The notes under the pieces were generated by a model. That model was not told where the DNA came from and made no database searches. It saw only the letters and a program-made list of their open reading frames with translations. Positions 1-9,531 of a DNA stretch of 64,000 nt are shown here, one piece after another. Where the stretch lies: contig CP070837.1 of the NCBI GenBank assembly GCA_020341815.1, forward strand, positions 892,064 to 956,063, read 5' to 3'. Source of the stretch: Candidatus Omnitrophota bacterium (lineage in GTDB: Bacteria; Omnitrophota; Gorgyraeia; JAFGHF01). Positions within the stretch are counted from its first letter, which is position 1. Every line of letters starts with the position of its first letter. The position numbers and the translations under genes are program-made.

Positions 1-2
1 CC

Positions 3-371
3 TCACCCATACTGGAAAAAATAGGCCTGCGCAATACTGCTCCTTTCATTGCCCTAACTATCAGAAGCTTAAGTGTGAGCGTGGCTCTATTAATAGCATT
101 GACGTGCATGGGTAAAATAAAAGATATCTTCAGTGTCGACGGCAAAACAATGACATTATTTATAGTCAGCGGAATTATGGCGGGACTCTTGGGTATGTGG
201 GCCTATTTTGGCGCGCTAAAGGCGGGTGCCACATCAAAGATAGTGCCCATAGCTGCATCTTACCCCTTAATCACTGCTCTTCTAAGTGTAATCATTCTCA
301 AGGAGGCAGTTACTCCGCTAAGATTAATAGGCACCCTGCTTATTATTGCCGGTATCTGGCTGGTTAAATAA
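3..371 (+). CDS. EamA/DMT-family transporter, C-terminal fragment (5' end lies outside the window)
   Basis: The frame is open from the window start. The hydrophobic C-terminal half carries a typical EamA-domain signature (ASYPLITALLSVIILKE...IIAGIWLV). Confidence 0.6.
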   Translation, partial: SPILEKIGLRNTAPFIALTIRSLSVSVALLIALTCMGKIKDIFSVDGKTMTLFIVSGIMAGLLGMWAYFGALKAGATSKIVPIAASYPLITALLSVIILKEAVTPLRLIGTLLIIAGIWLVK

Positions 372-388
372 TTTTTCATGTTTTTTAC

Positions 389-417
389 TTGACAAACTTT
401 TATCTATATGTTAAAAA
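389..417 (+). promoter_or_regulatory. Sigma70-like promoter upstream of the TIGR04073-like gene (TTGACA, 17 nt spacer, TAAAAA)
   Basis: TTGACA lies at 389-394, with an A/T-rich -10-like hexamer 17 nt downstream. Called by eye only. Confidence 0.35.
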
Positions 418-484
418 ATATAGAAAGGGATAATGTAAGCAATTATTTAAGCTTGCTTGAATGAAAGGGAAAGGGGGTGAAAAG

Positions 485-814
485 ATGCGTAAATTCTTTT
501 TAATTTTGGTAGCTGTCATAATGATTTCTAATTTAATTATAACGCCTTGCTCTGCTGATGATGTCCTGCGCAAGCTGGGAAGAGGCCTGGCAAACACCAC
601 AACAGGTTTCGTAGAGATCCCTAAGAAGGTTTTCCTGATCAGTAAAAATGACAATCCTCTCCTGGGTATGACCTGGGGTTGGGTTAAAGGAGCGGGAGTT
701 GGCCTGCTGCGTACAGCTGCTGGCGTATATGAGACTGTAACTTTTCCTATTCCTGCGCCTGCGAATTATGAACCAATCATACAGCCGGAGTTTGTTTTTG
801 AGGAATGGGACTAA
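485..814 (+). CDS. Small secreted protein resembling the TIGR04073 exosortase-system-associated family
   Basis: Signal peptide (MRKFFLILVAVIMISNLIITPCSA), then KLGRGLANTT...GVYETVTFPIP motifs that I recall from TIGR04073. Start placed at the internal Met after a GGGGTGAAAAG RBS. Confidence 0.55.
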   Translation: MRKFFLILVAVIMISNLIITPCSADDVLRKLGRGLANTTTGFVEIPKKVFLISKNDNPLLGMTWGWVKGAGVGLLRTAAGVYETVTFPIPAPANYEPIIQPEFVFEEWD

Positions 815-832
815 AAATAGTAAAGCGGTCAA

Positions 833-871
833 AAAGGCTCATCTTTATCTAAGAGATGGGCCTTTTAATTT
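833..871 (+). terminator. Rho-independent terminator after the TIGR04073-like gene
   Basis: AGGCTCATCT...AGATGGGCCT stem (one mismatch) followed by TTTTAATTT. Confidence 0.45.
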
Positions 872-910
872 CTGGTAATTTAGGCCGAATATTGCGCAAA
901 AGAAAAAGCT

Positions 911-2209
911 ATGTGGGCACGAAAATATACAAAATGCATAGAATGCGGAACAACAGAAATACCTCACTTTAGTAAAGGGCGCTGCAGAAGATGCTGCCAT
1001 AGGATTAGAGATAATCTGAGGATAGATAGATTAGAAATTAATAAAAGAATCGGCAGAGGTCAAAAGAAAAGATACGCATTGAAAAATAACATCAGAAATC
1101 AAATAACCAAAGATATATTAAGTGATTTATATTGTTATAGAAAAATGTCTTTCGGAGACATAGCAAAGCAATACAACTGCTCAAGAGCGTATATATTAAA
1201 GCTATGTAAATTATATAGTATTCCTATCAGAAATAAGTCCGAAGCAAGATATTTAGCACTAAAACAAGACAAGCTTCCTTTTTGTTACCACAAATTGAAT
1301 GAACAATTCTTTAAGACTTGGACTAAAGAAATGGCATATGTCCTTGGTTTACTTTATGCAGATGGCAATATGCACAAAAACAAGTCAAGCTTTTCTTTAA
1401 GCTTGAAAGAAAAAGATTTTTTAGAGCGGATTAGAAATAGCTTAGAAAGCACACATCCCATAAAGAAGAGCAAAGTCCAGGAACTCTATCATTTAACTAT
1501 CGGAAGCGGCAAAATGATTGAAGATTTGCTGAAATTAGGCTTTATCCCGAGAAAAAGCCTAAAAATCAAGTTCCCAGACATGCCAATTGCCTATATTTCC
1601 CACTTTATAAGAGGGTATTTTGATGGTGACGGAAGTATAATAAAAAAGAATGATAGCAATGTCTATAAGGCCTCTATTGTTACCGGGTCGGAAAAATTCA
1701 TTTCCAGCATAAAAATGCATTTGGAAAGACTTGTGGGTGTAAGCGTACAAAGAATCAATAAACACAAAACAGCAAACGCTTATTTCATTCATTACCACAG
1801 AAGGAGCGATATCGAGAAACTCTATAAATATTTTTATGACGAGTATACAATAAGCAATAAATTATACTTATCTAGGAAACTTTTAAAGTTTCAAGAAGCC
1901 ATTAGCAATTATAAGAAATGGGGCCTTAATCAGCTAAGGTCTTCCAGACACAACGCTAAATATAGCGCTAAGGTAAAACTGGAAAAAAATCAAACAAATG
2001 CCACAATCGAAAAGTTAATCGCCTACTGGTGTTCTTACCGCCAACTTGGCAGCAATATATCTGATTTAGCTAGATATGTCAAAGTCTCAAGGGATACGGC
2101 ATATCGTTGGTTAAACAGGAAAGCTCAGCCTAAGGAGCAAAAATTACAGCTGATTCAAGAATGGTTAAGGCAAAGGCCGAATCATCAACAAACACTTATT
2201 TATAAGTAG
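911..2209 (+). CDS. LAGLIDADG-type (double-motif) homing-endonuclease-like protein with an N-terminal C4 zinc ribbon, an internal HTH and a C-terminal AlpA/Xis-like HTH
   Basis: CxxC-x14-CxxC at the N-terminus. Two LAGLIDADG-like motifs (YVLGLLYADGNM and FIRGYFDGDGSI) about 95 aa apart. The C-terminal VSRDTAYRWLNRK...IQEWL resembles the AlpA/excisionase HTH_17 family. Confidence 0.6.
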   Translation: MWARKYTKCIECGTTEIPHFSKGRCRRCCHRIRDNLRIDRLEINKRIGRGQKKRYALKNNIRNQITKDILSDLYCYRKMSFGDIAKQYNCSRAYILKLCKLYSIPIRNKSEARYLALKQDKLPFCYHKLNEQFFKTWTKEMAYVLGLLYADGNMHKNKSSFSLSLKEKDFLERIRNSLESTHPIKKSKVQELYHLTIGSGKMIEDLLKLGFIPRKSLKIKFPDMPIAYISHFIRGYFDGDGSIIKKNDSNVYKASIVTGSEKFISSIKMHLERLVGVSVQRINKHKTANAYFIHYHRRSDIEKLYKYFYDEYTISNKLYLSRKLLKFQEAISNYKKWGLNQLRSSRHNAKYSAKVKLEKNQTNATIEKLIAYWCSYRQLGSNISDLARYVKVSRDTAYRWLNRKAQPKEQKLQLIQEWLRQRPNHQQTLIYK

Positions 2210-2233
2210 AAAGGGGAGGGTCATCGGCTAAAT

Positions 2234-2449
2234 ATGCCTCAAAATAGCTCAGAATTGGCCATATTTGAACGACTAAGGGAACATTTAGGGTTCTACAAAT
2301 ACGCGGATGTAGAACATCAATCGGTGACTGCTTTAGCCAAATATTGCAGGGTTTCAAGGAGAACTATATATAACTGGTTGAACAGCAAGACAAAGCCAAA
2401 ACAGGCTAAATTGAAGTTGATTAAGGAATGGATAGATAGTCGAATATAG
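2234..2449 (+). CDS. AlpA/Xis-like HTH protein, paralog of the C-terminus of the preceding gene
   Basis: VSRRTIYNWLNSKTKPKQAKLKLIKEWI is about 60% identical to the C-terminal 40 aa of the 432 aa protein. Good RBS (AGGGGAGGG). Confidence 0.6.
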   Translation: MPQNSSELAIFERLREHLGFYKYADVEHQSVTALAKYCRVSRRTIYNWLNSKTKPKQAKLKLIKEWIDSRI

Positions 2450-2459
2450 TATAAGGCTA

Positions 2460-2491
2460 ATAGGGCTAAAAATGGCCCTATTTTTTAATTT
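2460..2491 (+). terminator. Rho-independent terminator ending the short plus-strand gene block
   Basis: ATAGGGC-taaaaatg-GCCCTAT stem followed by TTTTTTAATTT. Confidence 0.5.
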
Positions 2492-2649
2492 CCCCCTATT
2501 TCACAGTCCTATCCATAATATATCTTATGTTAACTTCCCAATATCGGCTAAATAGGCATAACCATAGGAGAAATAGGCAGTTAAGTAATATGTAGGATAT
2601 TCTGTGGATAAACAGTTAAACGGGATATCTTGCCCCAAAAGATAAAAAA

Positions 2650-3010
2650 AGGGCCTCATTTAATTGAGTTTACTTGAACTTACTTTTGGAGGGAAACTTA
2701 CTTCCAATTAACCTTGCTTACTGCTAAAGACCCACTTAATCAGGCTTAACCAAAATTACCGCAAAAGTGTAACTTTTCTCAAGTTAACCTGGCTTACTTT
2801 TGCAAGCCAACTTAACTAAATTTCGTTACACTTACTCAAAGGACCCTATTTTACTTAGTGTTACTTTTTAGGGCTGACTTACTTATCCTTACTCAATGAG
2901 CCACGAATTACCTGTATTTACTTTTTTGAGGAAAGTTACCTGAAGTTACTCGGTGGGTTTGTTTTTACCGGAAGTTACTTGATGGGCCTATTGTTACCTA
3001 GAGTTACCTC
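2650..3010. repeat. Degenerate tandem array of about 25 TTAC(T/C)T / GTTAC(C/T) units (iteron-like) in a convergent intergenic region
   Basis: Direct reading shows GAGTTTACTT, GAACTTACTTTT, GAAACTTACTTCC, AAGTTACCTG, AAGTTACTCGG, AAGTTACTTGATG, GTTACCTAGAGTTACCTC and similar units. No ORF of 60 aa or more on either strand. Confidence 0.65.
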
Positions 3011-3014
3011 TCCC

Positions 3015-3473
3015 CTATCGCAGCGAAAATATCCTTACTCTTTCTGAACCCATATTATCTGAGTAATCGAAATCGCTGACCCAGAGGCGCACCTCTTTTT
3101 CTTGTTTCAAAGTAAAGTCTAAAGTTGCACCCACTTGACCTTCTTTTAAGGCCTGTAAAACCTCGTTTTCGGCATCGGCCTGGGAAGCTACTTTTGGGCT
3201 TGGTTCTACATATAACGTGCCTAAATTAGGCTGGTCTTGTCCGCCCAGGCAATCCGTACCTACGCATAGGCTGTAAAGCCAGCTGTAATTGGGGTGAATG
3301 GGGAAAAATAGCGCCACCGCTCCCCCGGCTGCCTCAGCGCGGTAATTGCCTTTGGGTAAGGTTATGGTTATGCCTTCGGCTTTCTCTGCCGGAACGGTAA
3401 TTGTCTTATCATACGCATAAGCAGCCGTTGAAAGCACAAGATATAACAACAGCGCAAAACTCAAAGTTTTCAT
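3015..3473 (-). CDS. Small secreted hypothetical protein
   Basis: Signal peptide MKTLSFALLLYLVLSTAAYA. RBS AAGGAG. No recognisable family. Confidence 0.6.
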   Translation of the reverse strand: MKTLSFALLLYLVLSTAAYAYDKTITVPAEKAEGITITLPKGNYRAEAAGGAVALFFPIHPNYSWLYSLCVGTDCLGGQDQPNLGTLYVEPSPKVASQADAENEVLQALKEGQVGATLDFTLKQEKEVRLWVSDFDYSDNMGSERVRIFSLR

Positions 3474-3490
3474 CTTTGTTCTCCTTCTTA

Positions 3491-3580
3491 CTCACTGAAA
3501 TCACTGAGATTATTACACTGAAGCCACTGAGACTTTATTCAGTGTTCTCAGTGTTGCTATTCAGTGTTCTCAGTGTCTCT
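3491..3580. repeat. CACTGA-rich hairpin element, copy 1 (second copy at 29101-29188)
   Basis: About 85% identical to the copy at 29101-29188. It contains direct repeats CACTGAGAACACTGAATA and their inverted complements, and overlaps the last 13 codons of the giant gene. Confidence 0.7.
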
Positions 3581-6500
3581 TGATTGATATAGTAAGTCTT
3601 ATCCTCTGTGGTTATTCTCCATACCGGGTAAAATGGTGAAGTGGTAAGCTCAGGTGAATAGACAAGCTCAGCCTTAATTTCAGCGGGCTCTTCTTCACTC
3701 TGGGCCAATACCTTCTCTATGGCTTCCTCTTTGCTAATCTGGATAAACCTTACCGGCTCATCCACCCAGGAGGCCTGTTTAAAGTAGCCCTCTTCCCTAT
3801 CAATGATTATGGCAGCATAGCTTAAGAACTGCCCCTGGAAGAAGTTGTCAAAAGGAACGAGGTAATAGTCCTTGCCTGCCTTATCCAGTCTTTGGACAGG
3901 GATAAAGCTTCTGGCAATAGAGCCCTGGATGCTTTGGGTGAACTTCTCGTCCGTAAGAAGCGAAGGGTCGATTATCTCTTTCCAGTTTATCCGGGAAGTC
4001 GCTTCGTTTTCCGGTTTGAAGATATTTAAGAGGTCTTCCTCTATGGTGTAAGAGATTAGCTCCTGCTCTTCATTAAGATTAACCACCAAGGCCCTGTCTA
4101 AAAGGTGCTTCTTGACAGGGTCGGTACTTTCTCCTGAGAGATAATCAGCTATCCTGACCAGTTCCCGGGTAGATTCATTTATTCGAGGTTCGGCTAAAGA
4201 GACCTCAGCATCACTTGGTTCAGAGGGCGGCTCAGCTACCTGAAGGTATTTGCCCTTATAATCATCTTCGGCCGTAAGAGGCAGTAGCATTGTAGCCTGG
4301 CATTCGCCAGCTGTGAGATAGTTATCCTGGCCTATGCCTTGGCCTTGCGGGTCAGTCAGCCAGAGGCCGTAGACCGTAAAGTTGCTAAGGTCTGAGAGCC
4401 GATGGTAACGGCTATGCGGCTCAAAGGGATAGGGGTTCATATCACAGGCTGCACCGTTTATCACCAGCCAGTGCCCGTATGTTCCGTAGGCAGGCACTGC
4501 AGCTGGCGTGTAGGGCTCTGCTACTAGGTCGGTTTCATCCTGGTAATTGTGCCAATCTTCCTTTGTGACAGGATAGGCTATCCAATGAGTGATGTCTCTT
4601 AGGTATTCCTTGAATTGGTCGGGTTCATACTCCTCAATGCCAAAGTTGTATCCATAGTTAGAACGACCTCCAGCTGGAGCATCACCTTCACCCAAGTTGT
4701 CATAATAATCAAAATGCCCCAAGGCATAGTCTATAGCATGAGGGTCCATTTCATCAAGGGAGGCTTTGTTGTAGGGATGGCCGTATTCATAGATCTCAAG
4801 CTGTGAGGGGGTATCATCTTCAGGACGCATCAGGTCTATAATCATCTGAGCGCTGGCTGCGCCTGATGAGGCAAAGTTATAAGGCTCAGGGAGTAACTCT
4901 TCGGCGTAATACTCAGGCAAGTCTATATGCAGAACCCAGCCTTTAAAGACTGAGATAGAGTCTTCGCCTTCGTTACCTGCTGCGTCTGTAGCAATAACCT
5001 TGACGATATTCCTCTGTCCTTCCCCTTCTATAGTTACGCCGGATGCAGAGAATGTCCCGTCACCCATATTGTCTGCCGATGAGTAATTTGTGTTAGCTCC
5101 TGTTACCTCTATTTCAACAGTTGCAGTATCATCATCTATCGTGCCTGATATGTCTATCAAGACATCATTAACTCCGGAATTATTAGCCGGATTGGTGATG
5201 GTAACCTGAGGTGCGGTCCTGTCAATGGTAAAGGAGACGCTGCCTGAGGAGCTATTGCCGGCCTCATCAGTAGCAGTTAAGGTAATAGTATAGTCTCCTT
5301 CTTCGGTATATGTATAAGTAGGAGGAAGATCATTATCACTGGTAACAACAATCTTATCCCCACTTGAACGGTCATCCTCTACTGTATAAGTTAAGGTAAC
5401 ATCCTGATTGGTCGGAGTAGATACAGGGTCAATACTGATTGTGGGTGGGGCGGTATCCGGTGAGTTCTCTAACTCCACTGTTATGCTCTGCCATGGAGAT
5501 TGATTTCCCGCTGCATCTATTGCCCGGGCTTCAAATGTTAGCGTTGAGCCGGGAGCTAAGGTGTCTGTCTGGACCAGCCCTGCCACAAAAGACCAATTGC
5601 TTATATCTTCTATGGTGACCGACACTCCTGCGTCTTCTCCATTTATCTTCGTCTCTATGGATTCCAATCCTGAATCATCTGTGGCAGTGCCGGAAAAGCT
5701 TAATGAAGTTCCTATTTGAATCTTTGCTCCGTCTTCCGGATAAGTTATAGCAACAACCGGAGGTGCGATATCTACATTGTTTACGGTTATAACGATTGTT
5801 TCCTGATTACTCCTAAGAAGTTCTTTATCGTATGCCCAGCAGGTCAATCGATAGTCTCCTCCTGCCTGGTCATATGTTGGTGTCCAACGAACAACACCTG
5901 CTTCAAACACGGCTCCTATTGGTACATCTACCCCTGCATTTTCCCATCCGTACCATACTTCCTCTCCATCGGGATCGCTGGCGGAAGGCGTAATAACTAA
6001 CTCCTGATTTTCATCTATTGTGCGATTTCCTATAGGATTTAAGATAGGCGCACGATTGACATCATTTACGGTAATCGTTACTTCTTGAGAATCAATAAAA
6101 CTGCCGTCCGAGACTGTAACTGTTACTTTATGCACTCCGGCATCATCGAATGTTGTGACATAGGTTTGCTCAATCATCCATCCAGAATAGCTATAGGTTA
6201 AAATGTCTTCTTCATCGGGGTCGGTAGCAGAAGGCGTAATAGTTATAGTCTGACCCTCAGTTACGGTTATATCGGCTATTTCATTCAGAACCGGCGGATG
6301 ATTATCGGTGAAGATAGCCTTATAATGATATCCCATATCTACCTGGTTTATATCAGGCTGAGCATTTGTACGGGTAGTATAGTTATAATTAAAGCCAAGA
6401 TTAATTGCTGCATCACTTCCTGCATCTACACAGGGTGAATATTTGTCAAGATAATATTGTCCCTGCGGTCCCTCCACAAAAAGCGGGTACATAAAGATGT

Positions 6501-8835
6501 TGCCGTCAGTATAATTACAATTACCATAATTGGCCTCTGTATTATTACAAATATTATTATAAGAAAGAGTGGGGTGGGTATTGGGAGTATAGGCATATAT
6601 CCCCCCGTTATTATTGGTTATGATGTTATTTCTGATGATCGGGCTGAAAGAAGGAGCATCGGCGATACAAACTATTCCTCCTTTACCGCCATTGCCAACA
6701 ATGGTATTATTTTCTATAATCAACTGTCCATCGGCATCAAGACCTCGACAGTAAATTCCTGCATAAGTATTATCTATTAGCAAATTATTGAATAAATTTC
6801 CGTAGGCGTTAATACTGTCAAAACCGCCTTTTTTATTTTCGGAAATTTGACAATCTCTTATCTCAAAATTAATTGAAGGCTTTCCAAAAATATAGATTCC
6901 ATACTCACTATTCTCTCTTACAATACAGTTTTCTATTGTAATTAAACAATTTGAACTACCTTCCACTCTAATGCCATGCCATGCATTTTTGATTATCTTA
7001 CAATCCTTAATAAGCATTGTAGAAGTAAGCTGTTCGTAGACATAGACACCGGACCAGGCACTCTCAGTAATGGTAACACCATCGATCACTACATCGCAGG
7101 CATTATAGAATCCTATTCCACCTTCGATAATGGTTTCGCAGAGCTCGATATTGCGTGTCCAATTAGTTGACTCATATCCGCCTAACAAAATAAATTCCTG
7201 CGGAAAGTGCGGGCTTGTTACATATGTGCCTTGAGCAACACAAATCTTTGTCCCTTTGGTGGTACGCTTCCACAAATCCTTTAAATCTTTGTATGGATTA
7301 TCCTTGCTGCCGTCTGCTTCTACTGAGGCGCTATTGGCATCCACATAAATAATAGGGATTGCCTGTTCCATATCGCTATATGTGCTGTCAATCTCAGATG
7401 TATAATAGGTATGCAGGCGATAGTAATAGACAATGCCTCCTGATTCAGCCACATCATTATCGGTAAACGTAGTAATTGCAGCATCGGATATATCGCTGCC
7501 AAGCTGAACCCAGGAAGCAGGATTTTTCGGAGTTGCAGTGCGATAAATACGGTAGAAACTAAAATCGGGATTGGTTTCCTCATCCCAGTTTAATTCTACG
7601 GAAGCTAAATCCTCTGACCATTTAACTCTTGGCTCATCTAATAACTCTTGGTTGACATTAAAATCATATCCACCATTGTAGGCAGCAATGGAATAAAAAC
7701 TTGTATCGATAAACCTTAACCACCAATCTGCATTAACACCATCCTCAGTCCAGTCTATCCAGCTACCAGTTATACCATTACCATCAGGAACAGTTTGCCA
7801 GAGACCACTTTCTTTAGCCCAAGTAAGGGCAGAATTAAGATATGACTCTTGGCCTATATCAAGCCAACAGAGTGATGCCTGAAAGGAAAACCCGGGAGAC
7901 TTCCTATTTTCCTCTGCGCCGTCATTCCAGACCACAGCCCCATCTTCTTTTTGCAGGGTATTATGTATCCACTCCCCTACCTCTTCTGAATTTACGCCCC
8001 TGCAAGGCAAATCCAGCATCTGAGGAGCATAATTAATCCATTCATGCAATCCGGGGTCTTTGGGTATTCCGTTTTCATCAATCTTTCCGTGCCAGACACC
8101 AAAATCAGAGCTCTCAGGATCATCTATATATAAGTACTCATCAATACCTTCAATTATGCGCTTTGCAGCATAATCGCAGACTTCAGAGAAGTCTGTATCA
8201 CCTTTAATCATTGCCCACTTCTGCGCTGCCTTTAATGCCTGGTAGGCATAGGCATTATCAGAAGCCCAGCGCCAGAAGCGATAAATGCCTGAGGCATCCT
8301 TGCCGCCCCCTAACAATCCGTCATCGTTACCGCCTTTATTTTCGAGTTCCTGGCAAGATATAAGATAGCCCGCACCTTTTTTCATAGAATCATATCTATC
8401 TTCCCTGTAACCCAATTTATAAAAGGCAATCATTACTTCTGCTGTCTGAGTGGGTGACTTAGCCCAATCCACGACTTCAGAGTAGCTATATTGATCGCAC
8501 CAGGCCCCATCGTCTTCTTGTTGAATGCTTATCAAATAATCGGCAGCTAATTGGGCCCTTTCTAAATAGGAAGTATCTTCTAATATATCTGAAGCCATAA
8601 TAAGTCCTAAAATCGCCATGGCATTTTCACGCGGAACTATCCAGGTTGGGCTTCCATAGACGTTATTTATACACCCGTATGCAGAGTCTGCCTGCTCCAT
8701 AAATTGACATTTAAGGATATAATCGGCCTCTGTTTTGACCAACTCTGAATCGGCAAAAGCAATACCGGAGGTGCTTGCCAAGAATAAAACTAAGCAACTC
8801 AACATTATACCTTTTAATAGATTCTTAAGTCTCAT
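3535..8835 (-). CDS. Giant secreted multidomain surface protein (about 1,767 aa): signal peptide, prenyltransferase-like alpha/alpha-toroid repeats, FN3, right-handed parallel beta-helix (PbH1 repeats), cadherin-like/Ig-like repeats and a C-terminal C39-like (Cys->Ser) domain
   Basis: Start placed at the Met of MRLKNLLKG...AFA (8835), which forms an ATGA overlap with the upstream stop. QxxDGxW repeats. FN3 motif (SVELNWDEE...FYRIYR). Many beta-helix turns (NCLITIENCIVRENSEYGIYI, IRDCQISENKKGG, IENNTIVGNGGKGGIV). DPD-rich Ig-like repeats (ITITPSATDPDEEDILTYSY). The C-terminal SSGAASAQMII...GHWLVINGA resembles a peptidase_C39_2 core with Ser in place of Cys. Confidence 0.8.
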   Translation of the reverse strand: MRLKNLLKGIMLSCLVLFLASTSGIAFADSELVKTEADYILKCQFMEQADSAYGCINNVYGSPTWIVPRENAMAILGLIMASDILEDTSYLERAQLAADYLISIQQEDDGAWCDQYSYSEVVDWAKSPTQTAEVMIAFYKLGYREDRYDSMKKGAGYLISCQELENKGGNDDGLLGGGKDASGIYRFWRWASDNAYAYQALKAAQKWAMIKGDTDFSEVCDYAAKRIIEGIDEYLYIDDPESSDFGVWHGKIDENGIPKDPGLHEWINYAPQMLDLPCRGVNSEEVGEWIHNTLQKEDGAVVWNDGAEENRKSPGFSFQASLCWLDIGQESYLNSALTWAKESGLWQTVPDGNGITGSWIDWTEDGVNADWWLRFIDTSFYSIAAYNGGYDFNVNQELLDEPRVKWSEDLASVELNWDEETNPDFSFYRIYRTATPKNPASWVQLGSDISDAAITTFTDNDVAESGGIVYYYRLHTYYTSEIDSTYSDMEQAIPIIYVDANSASVEADGSKDNPYKDLKDLWKRTTKGTKICVAQGTYVTSPHFPQEFILLGGYESTNWTRNIELCETIIEGGIGFYNACDVVIDGVTITESAWSGVYVYEQLTSTMLIKDCKIIKNAWHGIRVEGSSNCLITIENCIVRENSEYGIYIFGKPSINFEIRDCQISENKKGGFDSINAYGNLFNNLLIDNTYAGIYCRGLDADGQLIIENNTIVGNGGKGGIVCIADAPSFSPIIRNNIITNNNGGIYAYTPNTHPTLSYNNICNNTEANYGNCNYTDGNIFMYPLFVEGPQGQYYLDKYSPCVDAGSDAAINLGFNYNYTTRTNAQPDINQVDMGYHYKAIFTDNHPPVLNEIADITVTEGQTITITPSATDPDEEDILTYSYSGWMIEQTYVTTFDDAGVHKVTVTVSDGSFIDSQEVTITVNDVNRAPILNPIGNRTIDENQELVITPSASDPDGEEVWYGWENAGVDVPIGAVFEAGVVRWTPTYDQAGGDYRLTCWAYDKELLRSNQETIVITVNNVDIAPPVVAITYPEDGAKIQIGTSLSFSGTATDDSGLESIETKINGEDAGVSVTIEDISNWSFVAGLVQTDTLAPGSTLTFEARAIDAAGNQSPWQSITVELENSPDTAPPTISIDPVSTPTNQDVTLTYTVEDDRSSGDKIVVTSDNDLPPTYTYTEEGDYTITLTATDEAGNSSSGSVSFTIDRTAPQVTITNPANNSGVNDVLIDISGTIDDDTATVEIEVTGANTNYSSADNMGDGTFSASGVTIEGEGQRNIVKVIATDAAGNEGEDSISVFKGWVLHIDLPEYYAEELLPEPYNFASSGAASAQMIIDLMRPEDDTPSQLEIYEYGHPYNKASLDEMDPHAIDYALGHFDYYDNLGEGDAPAGGRSNYGYNFGIEEYEPDQFKEYLRDITHWIAYPVTKEDWHNYQDETDLVAEPYTPAAVPAYGTYGHWLVINGAACDMNPYPFEPHSRYHRLSDLSNFTVYGLWLTDPQGQGIGQDNYLTAGECQATMLLPLTAEDDYKGKYLQVAEPPSEPSDAEVSLAEPRINESTRELVRIADYLSGESTDPVKKHLLDRALVVNLNEEQELISYTIEEDLLNIFKPENEATSRINWKEIIDPSLLTDEKFTQSIQGSIARSFIPVQRLDKAGKDYYLVPFDNFFQGQFLSYAAIIIDREEGYFKQASWVDEPVRFIQISKEEAIEKVLAQSEEEPAEIKAELVYSPELTTSPFYPVWRITTEDKTYYINQETLRTLNSNTENTE

Positions 8836-9506
8836 TTTTCCTCTCCCATTCCCATTGAAAATGCTTCTTGTGCAATTTTTAACCATCTTTTATCCTTGCT
8901 AATAACGTTAAAATTCTTTAATTCAATATCTGTTGTAATCTCCTCGGCCTCTATAATTTCATTTGGGGTCCTAATGATACAATTGCCTTCGGCCAGAAGG
9001 GTTTTATCTTGATTATTCCATTTTAGTTCATTGCAAGTTAACACTCTTTTATCTTCCGTGGTCAGGGTTGCATTTCCGTAAAGCTCTACACCCTTGCTTA
9101 AGGAATTGACTACAGCTGTGCGGGCGCACGCTGTGGAAACCGCAAGGTTATTTTTATAAAAGGAGATTTTAGGCTTTTCTACTTCCATTACCTTGCCTAC
9201 ATTTATGCGAAAGATCCCGAATTTTGGGCTTTTTGTCTGTAAGCGCTCACCGGATAAGATATAGCTCTTCTCTGCCCTGCTGCTTATTTTTGCATATTCG
9301 GTAAAGCTGAAATTTCCGACATCAAGATTCTCTGCACCGGATGAGGCCCTTGAAGACTGGATGGATTCTAACCCTCTGCGGATAATTACTTCTTTGGACT
9401 TGCTTCTATTTATAATACCAATGCATAAAAGCACAATACCCAAAACAGCAATGGGTAGCACAAATATAGTTATTAGCATTTTCTTGATGTTTTCAGGATT
9501 TGTCAT
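8832..9506 (-). CDS. Membrane-anchored LptC/OstA-like protein, translationally coupled to the giant gene
   Basis: N-terminal TM helix, then a beta-rich domain with LYGNATL / AEGNCII motifs reminiscent of the LptA/LptC OstA fold. Stop TGA overlaps the downstream ATG. Confidence 0.4.
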   Translation of the reverse strand: MTNPENIKKMLITIFVLPIAVLGIVLLCIGIINRSKSKEVIIRRGLESIQSSRASSGAENLDVGNFSFTEYAKISSRAEKSYILSGERLQTKSPKFGIFRINVGKVMEVEKPKISFYKNNLAVSTACARTAVVNSLSKGVELYGNATLTTEDKRVLTCNELKWNNQDKTLLAEGNCIIRTPNEIIEAEEITTDIELKNFNVISKDKRWLKIAQEAFSMGMGEEK

Positions 9507-9531
9507 ATCTTTGTTTGGATTGGCATAGATT

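Noticed and set aside
2650-3010. CRISPR array
   Set aside because: The repeat units are only 6-10 nt, degenerate, and not separated by unique spacers of uniform length. No cas genes in the window.
8836-8886. The 17-codon N-terminal extension of the giant ORF (MVKNCTRSIFNGNGRGK)
   Set aside because: The internal Met gives a canonical signal peptide and forms an ATGA overlap with the upstream stop. The extension would overlap the upstream gene.
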